Below are positions 13,698 to 27,409 of a stretch of 64,000 nt of DNA, piece after piece; position 1 is the stretch's first letter, and the number at the start of each line of letters is the position of its first letter. The stretch is from Octopus sinensis (taxonomy: Eukaryota). The DNA lies in NCBI RefSeq assembly GCF_006345805.1, contig NC_043019.1, forward strand, positions 8,803,360 through 8,867,359. Reading direction: 5' to 3'. Below the pieces are notes generated by a model. The model was not told the DNA's origin, did no database searches, and worked only from the letters and a program-made list of their open reading frames with translations. The position numbers and the translations under genes were made by a program.

Positions 13698-14169
13698 TAT
13701 ATATATATATATATATCTATATATATATATATGTATTATAGTATATATGGAAATATGGTTATACATGTATAGAAGTATGTGTATATGTGTATGTGCGTAT
13801 GAGGATCCCAGAAGATTTAGAGAAATACGGATATGATAAAACACGATGAGTCTATTGAATTCGAAACCCATGATGTATTGTATTATTGTATATATATATA
13901 TCTCACTAGAATTATTCTTACCAATGTATTTTCATTCATCCAGTTGAATGAGAATTCAATTTTTTTTTCTTCTCCTTCTTCCAGTCTTTATTCAACTTCA
14001 TTTTGATATCTACTTTGTATTAAGACTCTTCGTAGCTATGCGATACGTTTTAACATTATGCGTTGCGATGGATACACGGTATATCGGAAATATGTATATC
14101 TTGGGGAGGGGGAAGAGTGTACGTGTGCGGGTGTGTGTATTTGCGAGCGAGCGTGCGTGTGCGTGTGAG

Positions 14170-14201
<32 letters not shown>

Positions 14202-14222
14202 AGTGTATTTACATATATGCAG

Positions 14223-14279
<57 letters not shown>

Positions 14280-14354
14280 GCACACATATATATATATATG
14301 TAAATGTGCAAGTGTCTATGTATTCGCGTATCTCTCTCCCACTTTTTCCCTCTT

Positions 14355-14386
<32 letters not shown>

Positions 14387-14417
14387 GTCCGTATATGTCT
14401 GTGTGTGTGTCCGTGCG

Positions 14418-14465
<48 letters not shown>

Positions 14466-15179
14466 TATATGTGTGTGATTGTATGTATGTCTCAGTATAT
14501 ATGCCTAAGCATATATACCTACGTACGTACATAAGTGTGTACGTTCGTATATAACTGAACATGCCTCCCTGCATAAATACAATGTTATAACGAGGCAGAG
14601 GCGGGCGAGAGCAATGGCGAACGGCGTCTTCATGAATATATGCATGGACGGAGATTTTTTTATAATCGATACATCAATAGTTTTGCACGAGTATCTACAT
14701 GTCTCCATATATACACGCGCATATACACATGCTTGCACACAAATATATGCCTCTTTGCATGCATGTATATAGATTGTATAATCATTCTTATAGGTACACA
14801 AGTATGGATGTGTATACATAGGTGTGGGTCCGTGATGATATGTAGCTATATTCGTACACTGTACGCTCATAATTAGCATTGCATATTTTCGATGTCTTTT
14901 GTGGCGAGAAGCGCTAATGCATGTTTCAATCCCCCTCATCTCGTATTCCCATTTGATGTTTACCAATCCGTTGATGCCGCATCTATGATTATTTCATCTT
15001 TCTTTTAGTAATTTATGTTCTGTTAACATATCATATATCAAGTGTTAGTTTAGCTTATTACAACCGATCATGTTTGACTTTTGAAACGAAGTCTGGCAAA
15101 CGCGCACAAAGACGTTAGGCTAATATCTTCATTGCAAAAACGATTCGACTCATACATATATGCATGCAAATATTTATAA

Positions 15180-15214
<35 letters not shown>

Positions 15215-15651
15215 ATATATATATGCATGCAATTATTTATAATATATATATATATATAATATATATATATATATGCATGCATATAGTTTATATATATATA
15301 TATATATATATAATTAGTATATACATACATGCATACATACACATATATATACAAATATATATATATACACACACATACGTTTGTGTGCATGTACTGTATA
15401 TGTGTGCGCGTGTGTGTGTATTCTTATATAAATAGAAATACATATGTATATGTATGAATATATATATATACATATGTAGATGCATGCATGTGTGTGTGTA
15501 TGTGTTTATTTGAATGTGTACACCGACCGAAGAATACAGTAAATACGCATTAGAGGACATGGATGCAAAGCTGGATATCTTTCGATATCTAGTGCAATAT
15601 AATGTAATATATACTCTAAAGATATACATTAAAATATACATATATGTTATA

Positions 15652-15693
<42 letters not shown>

Positions 15694-15717
15694 TATATAT
15701 ATATATATATATATTTT

Positions 15718-15751
<34 letters not shown>

Positions 15752-16510
15752 TATACCTACACACATGTGAATATATGCAGTTAAATACATAAATGCATAT
15801 GTATATAGAGAGTTGCACGTATTTAGTTTTGTTTGTTTATTCATATAGGCATGTTTGTATGTAATTTCATATATGCCGGACTATGATGAATAGGAGAATA
15901 GACAACCTTCGTCATTCATGAAGTTTGCCAAGTTACTTTTTATGGAAGCTTATTGACTGAAATATATATCAGGAAATAAATAATGAATGAAGGAGTTAAT
16001 ATATATATTTTTATACACATGCGTTTGTATGTGTGCTCATATTTGTGTGTACGTAATTGTATGTGTAGGAACGTCTGTATTGATGTATTCATCTGAGGCT
16101 ATGTATGTGAGTATCTGCGTGAATTTATGAAATGAAGTATCTGTGTGTATTTGAAGGGGAGCATTGTGTATACGTTTATGGATGGAAGTATGTTTCTCTG
16201 GTTTGATTGTTAACGTTCATCGCCAATGAATATTAGACGTCTTGCATCCCAGAAACTTGCCTTTTGCATTGGAAATTTCATTGTCAAGTAATTATACATA
16301 CGTACATGCATATGTGTATGTGTGTGTGTGTCTATAGGTACATTTAAATATATATATATATATATTATATATATATATATACATATATATATATACATAT
16401 ATATATATACAACACAAACACACACATTCACCTCACACACACCACTCACACCACTCACACACACACTCACACCACACACACATACACACATATATATATT
16501 TGTATATATA

Positions 16511-16666
16511 TTCTTTTACTCTTTTACTTATTTCAGTCATTTGACTGCGGCCATGCTGGAGCACCGACTTTAGTCGAGCAAATCGACCCCAGGACTTATT
16601 CTTTCTAAGAATGGTACTTATTCTATCGGTTCTTGTCGAACCGCTAGGTTACGGGGACGTAAACAT
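16511..16666 (-). mobile_element. SINE family A 3' fragment, near consensus (5'-truncated)
   Basis: TTTTACTCTTTTACTTATTTCAGTCATTTGACTGCGGCCATGCTGGAGCACCG..CGCTAGGTTACGGGGACGTAAACA. Confidence 0.9.
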
Positions 16667-16712
16667 ACGTATATGTACATACATCTCTACTTATATATAT
16701 ATATATGAATAT

Positions 16713-17130
16713 GTGGGCAGAGGACGTCACGAAACGTGTACAACAAAAAAGTACGAAGCACGAGTACATGGAACATGAACTATTCTTTCGAACAACAAAA
16801 GACATAAATGGGAAACAAAACGAACAACATAAAGAACGACCTTTCATCAGTTGTTGGCTGTTTTTCTAGTCTCGTATTTCGAGCATTTAACAACAATATA
16901 TGCTTTCGACAAAATAGTTGCCTCCCGCTATGCAAATTAAACAAAAATTTGAGATTTTGCGGAGGGTCAAAATTGATAACACAAACAGGACAGTGAAAAC
17001 AAACAGGCAGGGCTGCTAAGCGTAAACGAATGTGTGGTGGCGAACGCATAAATGAAGCTAGGACAGGAGACAAAACAAGAACACGTCTTTCTTGTTCCAG
17101 CTACAACGGAGGGAAAGAAAGATGGCCGAC
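16713..17130 (-). mobile_element. Probable Penelope-like element 3' remnant
   Basis: Non-microsatellite block. The minus strand has a short ..EQERRVLVLSPVL frame resembling a GIY-YIG C-terminus, followed by a T-rich UTR containing ACAACTGATGAAAGG. Family assignment is from recall. Confidence 0.4.
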
Positions 17131-17203
17131 ATATCCATCCATCCATCCATCCATCCATCCATCCATCCATACATACATACATACATACATACATACATAC
17201 ATA

Positions 17204-17312
<109 letters not shown>

Positions 17313-17806
17313 TATAAGTCCTCCTGAATAGTACTAAATAAATACAATAATTTTTACAATTATGTATCAATTGAACCACACGTGTATTTATCGTTATGGT
17401 AAAATCTGGCGTGTGATTGAGTGGATTTCATCCAGATAGTTTTGGCTGAGGAGCTACAAGTGGATTTTTTTGTAAGTAAAATTACATTTAATTCATTAAG
17501 AGCGAAACAATTGTCCCAAATAATCTGTATTTTTGTTATTTTTTTTTGCCCTGTTCGTGTGAGCTAACAATGGTACTGACTTTCATGGGAAACATATATT
17601 TTTTGTGTTGAAAACCTTTTGGATTAACTAGTGCTAGAGTGAGCCATATAGTGACCACTCTCTTATATTTATTTTTGTATAAAATATTATAATATATTAC
17701 AAATATTATAATAATCCAGGTTTCTCGGAGCACTGGGCCACTTGGTGTTGAATAGATATGCTATTAATTAGTATCTAATTCTCTCACCCTTATTAATTAT
17801 TATATA

Positions 17807-17837
<31 letters not shown>

Positions 17838-18691
17838 TAATATATACGCATGCCTGTTGTCTATGTGTACATACATTCATATATATATGTGTATACATAC
17901 ACGCACACACATATAAATATATATTTATATATACGTACGCACATATAGGCACGCAAACACATAAGTACACGCAGATAACAGAGTAACACGTGCGCATGCG
18001 CAAAGTTCCCTAGAATATAACACTATATTGTACAGCCTAATTTTGTAGCATTCCAGCTGCTATAACTACTTCAAATATTCTTTTATATTCCTCCATTTTT
18101 ATCTCTAGCAGAACAATCCAATTCTTATTGTTTCCTCCTCACGGAAAGAAACCGCTACTGCGGCGTAGAGCTAGCGAAGGGTCGCTGTGTGTTTGTGTGT
18201 AGTGAGGAGAGAGTGTTGGAGAGTGAGTGCCATGTCTCTCTATGCATGCATTAGTTTGTCTTTGGCTTCTTCAGTTATTGCAAGAATCGCTCATGCTTTA
18301 TTGAATGATATGAACAAAACTCGAAATGTTTGACACTTTTACAATCCATTATTACAATGTCTGATACTTAAAGTCTAAAAGAACATTCAGGTTGTTAAGA
18401 TTTATATATTTTGGTGTGAAAAAGAAATGCGAATTTAAATTGGATTCGAATTTACTAAAATTTCCTCTGTTTTATAATGAAAGAACCGTAGTCAACGTAC
18501 TTTACGTAAGAAATCATCTCAGCCGTAGATGATTGCTTGGCATGATCTCGTAAAAATTCCACTATTTCTATTCTTATAATACCATACGATTCACATTAAA
18601 ATTATTTTATTTTCACGACCAAAGATATTATTCAACTATATAATACTATACTAACAGAATTTTATGCCATACTTAATATTTATTAGTAAAT

Positions 18692-18912
18692 AAGGCGGCG
18701 CGCTAGCAGAAATTTTAGCACACTGTTGGACATTCTTAGCAGCATTTAGTTCTTCCTATATCTTGTTTTCAATTCCGCCAAGGCCGACTTTACCCCTTAT
18801 TCCCTTCAGGGTCGGCAAAATAAATACTCGTTTAGCCCTGTGGCTGATTTATTTGACTGGTGCCCTCTTCTCAAATTTCAGGTTTTCTGCCTCTAGTAGA
18901 AGGGGTTATTTA
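18692..18912 (+). mobile_element. SINE family B (tail type 2), diverged
   Basis: AAGGCGGCGCGCTAGCAGAA..TTCAATTCCGCCAAGGCCGACTTT..GGGTCGGCAAAATAAATAC..AAATTTCAGG..TAGAAGGGGTTATT. Confidence 0.8.
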
Positions 18913-18930
18913 TTAGTATAGTCAGGTATC

Positions 18931-19250
18931 TAGGTGGCAGAATTATTAGCACGGCTCGCAAAAATTATTTGTAGTACCTCTTCTTTCTGTCTTTATGTTC
19001 CCAGTTCAAATTCCCCCGAGGCCGACTTGGCCTTTCTTCTTTTCGGAGTAGATAAAAGAAATACGAATTGAGACTCTGGAAACGGGGAAATCCCTTGAAA
19101 TTATATTGATTTTCTATCAAAATTTTAAACCCATATTTATTAGTACACTTACAAAGTGTCTTAAGACGTTCCGAGTTGAGATTCTGCCGAGATCAAATTC
19201 CCCTCCATCCTTTCGGGGTCAATGAAATAAATGCCAATTGAAGATCCAGT
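18931..19250 (+). mobile_element. Two further SINE B fragments (18931-19065 and 19166-19250)
   Basis: GTGGCAGAATTATTAGCACG..AGTTCAAATTCCCCCGAGGCCGACTTGGCCTTTC and CATCCTTTCGGGGTCAATGAAATAAATGCC. Confidence 0.7.
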
Positions 19251-19959
19251 CAACTTTCCATGTGCTTCTTGGTCTTAACATCAAATATATATTATTCCAT
19301 AATATATAGTCATGTACAAATCTGTTCATATCTATATATTTGAAACCATAGCTTTTAATAACAGAATGTCGAGAAAGTCTCACGTGCCTGGGGTCTTCAT
19401 TAGTAAACATACTAGTTTTTCAGGACTGCTTCAGAGGCCAGAGTAGACGGCTCAGTATTATTTTCAACAATATTGAAAATACAGATCTGTCACCAATCTT
19501 TCTTTTAACAGCACACCCCAATCCAAACAAACATGAATCGATAATTATATCATAGATCTTACGTAGCGAAAATTTGTTATAGATTTGTTGAGCAATTCTA
19601 ATTTACTTTGCATCGATATCAACTGGAATTTTCGTTTGATGCCGTCGTTGTCGCTCTCACTTCTCTTAACTTAGTAGTCATAGCAGAGGGTAACTAAAAG
19701 TTAAAGTTGTCGAGAATCTCATACATATTTGGTCTCGATGTCATTAACAAGTGCAATGTGAAAACTGCATTTAAATATATTGAGCACGGAGGTCACTTCT
19801 TGCCATGAAGGGATATAGACTGGTAGAGTCAGGAATTCCAAGTTCTTCGTAATTTATCCCGATTAAAGAAGAGGGTGGACCATCAGTTGTCCGACATTTG
19901 GTGGAAAAAAACTCCCAGAAAAATAAAGAAATTGGAGGATTAAGTATCAGAGAGTGGAG

Positions 19960-20165
19960 AGGGAGGGGACAATGTGAAACAAACCCAACTGTGGCGTCAC
20001 CGCAGAGAATGATCAATGGACGCTTGCTGCTGAAGCCGCTCCGCTTCATGGAGCTCATTTCTCTGACGGGCCGCCATTCTCTTGATTTTACGAAGGAGAT
20101 CGATAGTACGGGGTCCGAGATCACCTGCCGTCTCGACGGTGATTAGAACAAATTGATACAGGATG
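19960..20165 (-). mobile_element. CRE-like non-LTR retrotransposon C-terminal restriction-like endonuclease fragment
   Basis: The minus strand reads QFVLITVETAGDLGPRTIDLLRKIKRMAARQRNELHEAERLQQQASI, then after a frameshift ILCGDATV. This matches the CRE-clade pattern F.P.AVET.G..G...(..)LQQR.SIA.LRGNA. Confidence 0.75.
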
Positions 20166-21034
20166 GCCAGGCCCCTATATTTATTTATTTATTTATTTAT
20201 TTGTCTAATTGGACCAGTTCCATTATAGAACATTTCAGCCACATCTGGAAACTCACTGTCCTCCTGCCAAGGAGCTTTCAATATCGGGTAGTGGCTTAAA
20301 ATCATTAAATGGTAATCTTCGATTCCAGGAGTTAAATTATAAAAAAGACTCGATTGCTGTTCATAAACAACTAATTATTCATATATCCATTAATGAAATA
20401 TATTTTCATCTGATATATATCGCGTAAAATGTGTGTTTAAAACCGCCATAAATTCGCACAAGCTTCATAAAATGGAGAATGCATTTCAATAAGGGACCGA
20501 ATATTACTTTCCATATGCTTCTTCGTCTTAGCATCAATATATATTATTCTATAATGTATAGTCATGTACAAATCTTCACGTATGTACATACGATACCTGA
20601 CTTGCATGTGTCTATATCTTTACAGTGTATGCGTGCTTTGACTTCAAATATATTAATAATATTCAGATGTGATTGTAAGTATGACTGTATATGTAACTAT
20701 ATATAAATATACGTATATATATATATATATATAATATAGATATCACGATGATGATGATGATATATATATATATATATATATATATCACGATGATGATGAT
20801 GATGATATATATATATATATATAGTATGCATGGATGTACGATCACGCCTTACATACGTCCACGCGAGTGCATGGTTATGTGAATTTCTTCGCTGTGTCTA
20901 GACACCTAGGTATCTGTCATTCTTTCCTCACCCTGACTCCCTTGTCATCACCTCTCTTTTTCCTCTCTCACTCTATATCTATATGTGCGTCTGTACGGAT
21001 AAACACACAAACACACACACAGACACACGCACAA

Positions 21035-21068
<34 letters not shown>

Positions 21069-21327
21069 GCAACCATAAATGATAGTTTGGTGAATATATA
21101 TTTATATCTATCTATTTGTCTATTTATCTATCTATCTATCTCTACCTCTCTCTCTCTCTCTCGATATATATATTTATATAAAAGTATGTGCTTGTATATG
21201 TATGTATGTATATATATATATATTATATATATATATATATATATTATATATATGTTATATGTGAAAATATGTATATATATGTATGTATTTATATACATAT
21301 ACACACGCACATATTTATCTATCTATG

Positions 21328-21368
<41 letters not shown>

Positions 21369-21711
21369 CTATGTACGTATATATGTCTATATGAGCATAA
21401 TACCGGCGTTTTAGTTGCCTTTCTCCATTCAACAGATGGTTGTAACTGAATGAAAGGATTTAATTAGCTGCACATATCGCATGACAATGCTTTTGTAATT
21501 GACCCTGGAGTAATTACGTTCATGGAAGCGATCTGGATGGTTTTGATATCGGAGTGGGTCTGAATCTGACTTCTTGAGTGGTTTGGGTGATGGCGGTTGT
21601 GATGGTGGCTATAGAAGGGTGGGGGAGGATGACTAATGAACTCATTGCCAGTTTTAGTTACGTAATGGGAAATTTGTATTACGTGCACGATCTGTACTTG
21701 AAGTCATATAT

Positions 21712-21747
<36 letters not shown>

Positions 21748-22439
21748 CATATGTATATATATATATATATGTTCATGTATATATATGCATATATATATGT
21801 ACACATATTCATATATGTTCATATATATATGTGTGTGTATATATATATGTATGCATGCATATATATATGCATGTATTTATATAAATCTATAAATATATAA
21901 TTGCCCATATATGCATATATCGTAGTACATATACATATATATGTATGTGTGTGTGTATGTATATATATAGACATATATTATATATACATATGCATACATA
22001 CATGCATACATAAACTCCTAAGTTTATGTTAATTCCGTAATTGTGTGAAAGTTTGGGTGTATCTAGGTGAGTATATATGTATGTATGTGTAGATTCGCTA
22101 TCAGCTTTAGAAGCCAAACAAATTCAGTGTTAATATACTTAAAATAACTGCTTAAACTTATATTATAGCCTCAAGTGGTAATCGAAACGTCGAAGTGTCA
22201 TGGAGGCCACCCGAATTCATGCGAATATAGATGTATGTAGATCTGATCTTGTATTCATCGATCTAGACTCAAGCACAAATACGTATCTCTCTCTCGTTCT
22301 CTTTCTCTCCTCAGGTACGTTTATCTGCTCGTCTAAAGAATTTCACCAAAATACTCTTTTTGGAATGTTTTGCATTTTTCATCTGTGTCACTAATAGTTT
22401 GGATCTGGGCAATACACTATGTGTCTTTTCTGCTCCTTC

Positions 22440-22830
22440 TTCTAAAAACCAAATATTTCTAAGTTTTTGTGTAAATCTCTCAGTACCATAGTCAATTTGC
22501 ACCAGTGATGATAGGGTATAAGAGCTGTAATGTCAGCCTTAATTCACCATAAATCTTCTCTTTTTCATAAATTTTAGATGTAATGTGTATATCATTAGTT
22601 GAGAAGAAGCTACGCTTCCTGTGAAATCCTGCTGTACCGATTCCTTCCTTTTTTGCTTGTATGGTGTCTGCTTCTCCAAGCTCCCGTTTAGGTTGGCCAG
22701 GCCATCCTCCTTTGGGTTGCATGAGACAGTTGCATTCTCGCAGTACCTCACAGAAAGAGAAACTGACCGGCTGCTTCGTACATTACAAGTGCAGACTCTG
22801 AGTATAACAGTAACATTATGCAAGACTTTT
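22440..22830 (-). mobile_element. Probable RTE-like LINE APE endonuclease remnant, heavily decayed
   Basis: Fragments LRVCTCNVRS (cf. I.T.NVR.L), EGIGTAGF (cf. GVGF) and SYTLSS..DYGTERFTQKL (cf. YAPT..DEE.E.FY..L) occur in the expected order across frameshifts. Confidence 0.35.
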
Positions 22831-24289
22831 CTCAAGTTCCCATTGTGAATTTGTCTGTGTTAACTACATTCAGAAGATGGCGCCTTGTATATTTCTTGGA
22901 AACCGGCTCCCTCCACAGTGGAGATTTATCATAATATAAAATAATAGAAGAGGCATACCTACACAGTACATACCTACATGCATACATACATACATACATA
23001 CATTTATACATACATACATACATTTATACATACATACATACATACATAAATAGGTACTTTGGGGCATTGGAATATGTAACACATTGCCGAAGCGCTAATC
23101 TTGAGAAATTAGGCTTCACAAAACTAGAAAGGGGTTTCTTTTTCTGAAAATTCCAATTTACCCAGAATTTCCTTTAAGCATTTACTAGCAAAAGTTTATG
23201 CTAAATTATTAGTAGTATGAATATAAATTCATAGTCTGGATATGTATATATGTATGTATGTATGTATGTATGTGTGTATGTATGTATGTATGTATGTATG
23301 TATGTATGTATGTATGTATTATGTATGTATGTATGTATGTATGTATGTATGTATGCATGTCAGTAGATTAAATTATATATGCGTATATATTTATTTATAC
23401 ATGTGTATGAATTTGTGTATATGTGTATCTAAGCATTTCTGTGCGTGCGTATGATGGCGCTGGCATTCACGTGAGTTTGTACCTCCAGAGTGTATTCGTT
23501 GCGTGTTTGTTTTCATTCTACGAATGCCAACACGATGTCCATTCCGATGCTTCTAGAATTCGTAGAGCATCCGCACCGATTACGCTTCTCAGTGGTCTTT
23601 CATTAATTAATTAAATATATCGCAGCGATTACACTTTTGTCAATAGTTATCACGAATACACTGTGTCGATATTAGAATAGGTTATAGGATATCCTATGAT
23701 AGCTGCTGTTTGTTGCTATTTCGAGTTATTTACTACATTCGAACGGTCCCCATGATATTCGTCTGAAAGACTTTCTGCTGTGAGCGGAGCGAGTCCTGGT
23801 GTTGCCATCATCATCGAGCACGAATATCTGGATAAAGGACATTGTCAGTCGACAAAAGGAGACCAGTAAAATTGTGTTTCCGGTTGGACCATGCCACATC
23901 CAATCTCCCACACTATTACAACATTTAGATATGCAATATGGAAGAGTGATTTAATGGCCTGAACATGTTGTATACTCTTTACATACCTTCCAACTTCCTA
24001 TTGGTTTGTTTTTCTTTCGTTGTTACGGACACAATTTACAACTATATATAATCTACCCGTGGGTATGTTATCTTTTTGTCACCCCACTTATCTACCCGGA
24101 ATAAATTATTTAATGAGTCTATTCTCTTAAAAGAACTTCTCTGACGTATTTGGCTTACATTCCACGTATGCAGGTATTTCATATTTTCATAAAGTAATTG
24201 AAAGGTTATGACTAGTGAAAAATGAAAGTAGTAGACTTGTTTTGGCTTAATTAATCCTTCCCGGAGGTGAAACATGTTCTACGGACATT

Positions 24290-26340
24290 GGAAGACTACG
24301 GCTTATGTAAGAATACCGATTATGAATTTCAGCAATTTCTGCATTTAACACTTTGCAATACCTGAAGAAATTGCAATGACAATATCAAACACTGCAGAGA
24401 TGCGGGCAATTTCTGAGTAGCGATACCTATTTGTTTTTATTTTGTTTTTTAGTATTTAATAAATATCATAATTGATCACGTGCAGAGATGAACTTAAGAA
24501 ACTTCAAAGCAACGAATGAAAGAAAGCATACCTGTTCACTGAAAGATGCTTGTCTGATCGAATTATTTCCTAAGTCTGATGTATTTATATCAAACAAGAA
24601 AATCTCCAAGAATCTCTCTCGTCGTACTTTGCTCCGCGTTGGATATTTGATCCTCCAAACAGTATATTGACGTCTTTTTTTTCTTTTTCTGGTTGTTTCG
24701 TGTCTTAGAATCCTACAGTAACTCTGATGTCCTGTTATAGTGACGTCCCAAAGGAACTGGCATATTGTTCTGCAACTCTCATGATGGACAACCATTGTAA
24801 AGCTTAAGTATATCTCATCAACAATTGATGGTTCTATTATCTGCTTTACCAACCACACATAATACTGCAGTGAACGTTCCAAACAGCGTCTGCCAGAAGA
24901 GACACAGCATTGAATGTCATTCGCAGAATTATTTTTCTTCTGCAAATCCAATCAGTTTCCCTTTGATGTTTCACTAAAAGAGGTGAATTTCTAGTTTTGA
25001 CCTGTTTTATGCTTAATTAATAGAATATATTATGTCGGCTTTGACATTTCCGACCAATTTATCACTGTCTAGAATTCATTGAAAATATATTCATTGCAGA
25101 TATTTGTTTCTTTAAACATTTTGAGTCCATTTTTATCTGCCTCACAATGGTCATGAATTTGACTCGACATTTCTTTAATCATATTGGGAAGCTATTAAAC
25201 TGTATTGTTGACATAATATTTTTTTCAGTTTTATCCTGATGTCTTGCATACCGAAGATGCTGAACACGGTTTATCATATTGATTTCCGTTAAAGTCTGTG
25301 AAAATTACATTTAGTGATATAACGTTAATTCTAGAACATTATTATGAGAACGTCTGTAGGAATCCGTTTTACATTTTCAATGAACTCTCGAAATCTAATA
25401 ACATACTTCCCGAGTATATTGCTGATTCTTGTTGAGAAGAAGACTTAGTTGTTTCGTGGATGTGACGCCAATTCCACCAAGCATATATTCGACGGTGCAA
25501 TTGTAATTATGGAAGGTTACTGACCTGTGGCCGTTAAATGTTATAAATTTTGAACTCACCCAAAATGAGAAGAATTGTATACTTTTCTAAATTACTTAAT
25601 GTTACATATTACTGAAACCTTTTAAAAATTTTCCACCAAGATTTGCTGCATGTGAAGCACAATAATTTCCGACCAAAACTATATTGAAAAGCATTATATT
25701 TATTATGATCACATCAAAAGCAGTTTTTGGTCGCAACAAAAGGACTGACAGAGCTACATCTCCATGGATTTGCGTCGCAGACTTGCTTTTGTAAAGAACT
25801 TTATTCTTGCCATTCAGATGTTGGCCCTCACGCATATTTACATATACAACTCGCGAATTATATTGTCATAAATGATACGACCACCCTTGCTTGAGGTGAC
25901 GATGGTCGCATGGAGGTAGTTTTGAGCCAAGTTAGGCTGATTGGATACTCTACTGTCATTTGAACTATTCAGTTTTAACACACAATTTCATCCCATGATT
26001 ACATCCAAGGTATATACCATCCGCATCTCCTCTTCTTTTGCTTGAGTGTTGAGTCGGAGCCTGGACACGTTGCACAGCTTTATCATCCAGTTTATTCCTG
26101 GACTCGTGTTTTCGTTATTGATTATCTCTGATCTAGCAAAATTTTAATAATTTTTCTAACCGTAAGTATGTCCAATTACGTCAGATGTGTTGTCGTCTGC
26201 TGTTGTCGTCTGACGTTCCCGTCCTCCAGTTGTCTCCTTATCGTTCTCCAATTTTCTAAATCTCGTCTGCCTTCACACAGATTAAGACGTTCTCATTTCC
26301 TTGAAGATTTTTCTGTCAATATTCACTCCATTTAACAAAT
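24290..26340 (-). mobile_element. Probable CR1-like LINE remnant (APE through to the RT start), heavily decayed
   Basis: A 2-kb block free of microsatellites. Minus-strand fragments KRRGDADGIYL, ILLILGEFK..NI*RP (cf. ILGDFN.P.I.WP), STRISNIL (cf. PTR..NILD) and PASLQCL lie in the APE-to-RT order. Confidence 0.4.
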
Positions 26341-26699
26341 TTCTCGCAATCCACGAGGCCCACATAGCGTGACTGAGTCCCACTACCTACATGCTGGTTT
26401 GAATTTTGTTGCAAAGACCAGCAAGTACGGCAGACGGGGTTCGTCCATTACATCGACTCCAGGGATCAACCTATTTTATCGACCATGAAAATAATCCCAA
26501 AATAAATATTCGCTCTTTCTCGGCATCGATACCTACATATTGATGAAACCTTTCTCTATTTTCCTCCATATTCAGACATCAGGATTTGCCCACTGAAATG
26601 AGATTCGATTCTTATGATGGTTTTTTTTTCTCTCTTGAAGCAACATCCATTATTTGTTAGTTGATCGTAATATTAATTATTAACTAAAGTTGGACATGG

Positions 26700-27409
26700 C
26701 GACGGCGACGGTGTTGTTGTTGTTGCTGTTGAAGGTGGTGGTGGTGGTGGTGATGGTGGTGATGGTGATGGTAGTTGAAGGTGGTGGTGGTGGTGGTGGT
26801 GGTGATTGTAGTGGTTGTGGTGGTATTGATTTAGTGGTGGTAGTGGTGGTAGTGGTATTAGTGGGGGTAGTGGTGGTGGTGGTGGTGGTGGTGATGGTTG
26901 TAGTGGTAGTGGTTGTAGTAGTGGTAGTGGTGGTAGTGGTGGTAGTGGTGGTGGTAGTGGTGGCAGTGGTGGTGGTTGTCGTAGGGGTGGTGGTGGTGGT
27001 AGTAGTGGTAGTGGTGGTGGTAGTGGTGGTGGTGGTAGTCGTGGTGGTGGTAATGGAAGTGGTGGTAGTGGTCTTAGTGGTGGTAGTGGTCTTAGTGGTG
27101 GTAGTGGTGGTGGTGGTGATGGTTGTAGTGGTAGTGGTGGTTGTGGTGGTAGTGGTGGTTGTGGTGGTAGTGGTGGTAGTGGTAGTGGTGATGGTGGTAG
27201 TGGTAGTGGTGGCAGTGGCGGTGGTAGTGGTGGTGGTAGTGGTGGTGGTGGTAGTGGAAGTGGTGGTGGTGGTGGTAGTAGTGGTGGCAGTGGTGGTTGT
27301 GGTGGTGGTGGTGGTGGTAGTGGTGGCAGTGGTGGCAATGGTAGTGGTGATGGTGGTGGTGGTGGTGGTAGTGGTGGCAGTGGTTGCGGTGGTGGTGGTG
27401 GTGGTGGTA
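26700..27409. repeat. ~700-bp compound trinucleotide tract (GGT/AGT/TGT/GAT)n
   Basis: Direct reading; it produces the poly-Val, poly-Thr and poly-Pro/His ORFs in the track. Confidence 0.97.

Noticed and set aside
16835-16856. Minus-strand CTGATGA in the Penelope-like block
   Set aside because: There is no stem II followed by GAAA at a workable distance.
22168-22195. CTCAAGTGGTAATCGAAACGTCG as a hammerhead
   Set aside because: It has GAAACGTC, but the core has two substitutions and neither stem I nor stem II pairs convincingly.
23720-23900. Tc1/mariner transposase remnant (QDS.P.H-like) on the minus strand; a similar weak hint at 34590-35000
   Set aside because: Only a few residues match after assuming several indels, which is insufficient without a search.
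24466-24951. 161-aa non-repetitive ORF as a host gene
   Set aside because: It lies within the decayed LINE-like block and has no recognisable host domain; it is likely an off-frame opening.
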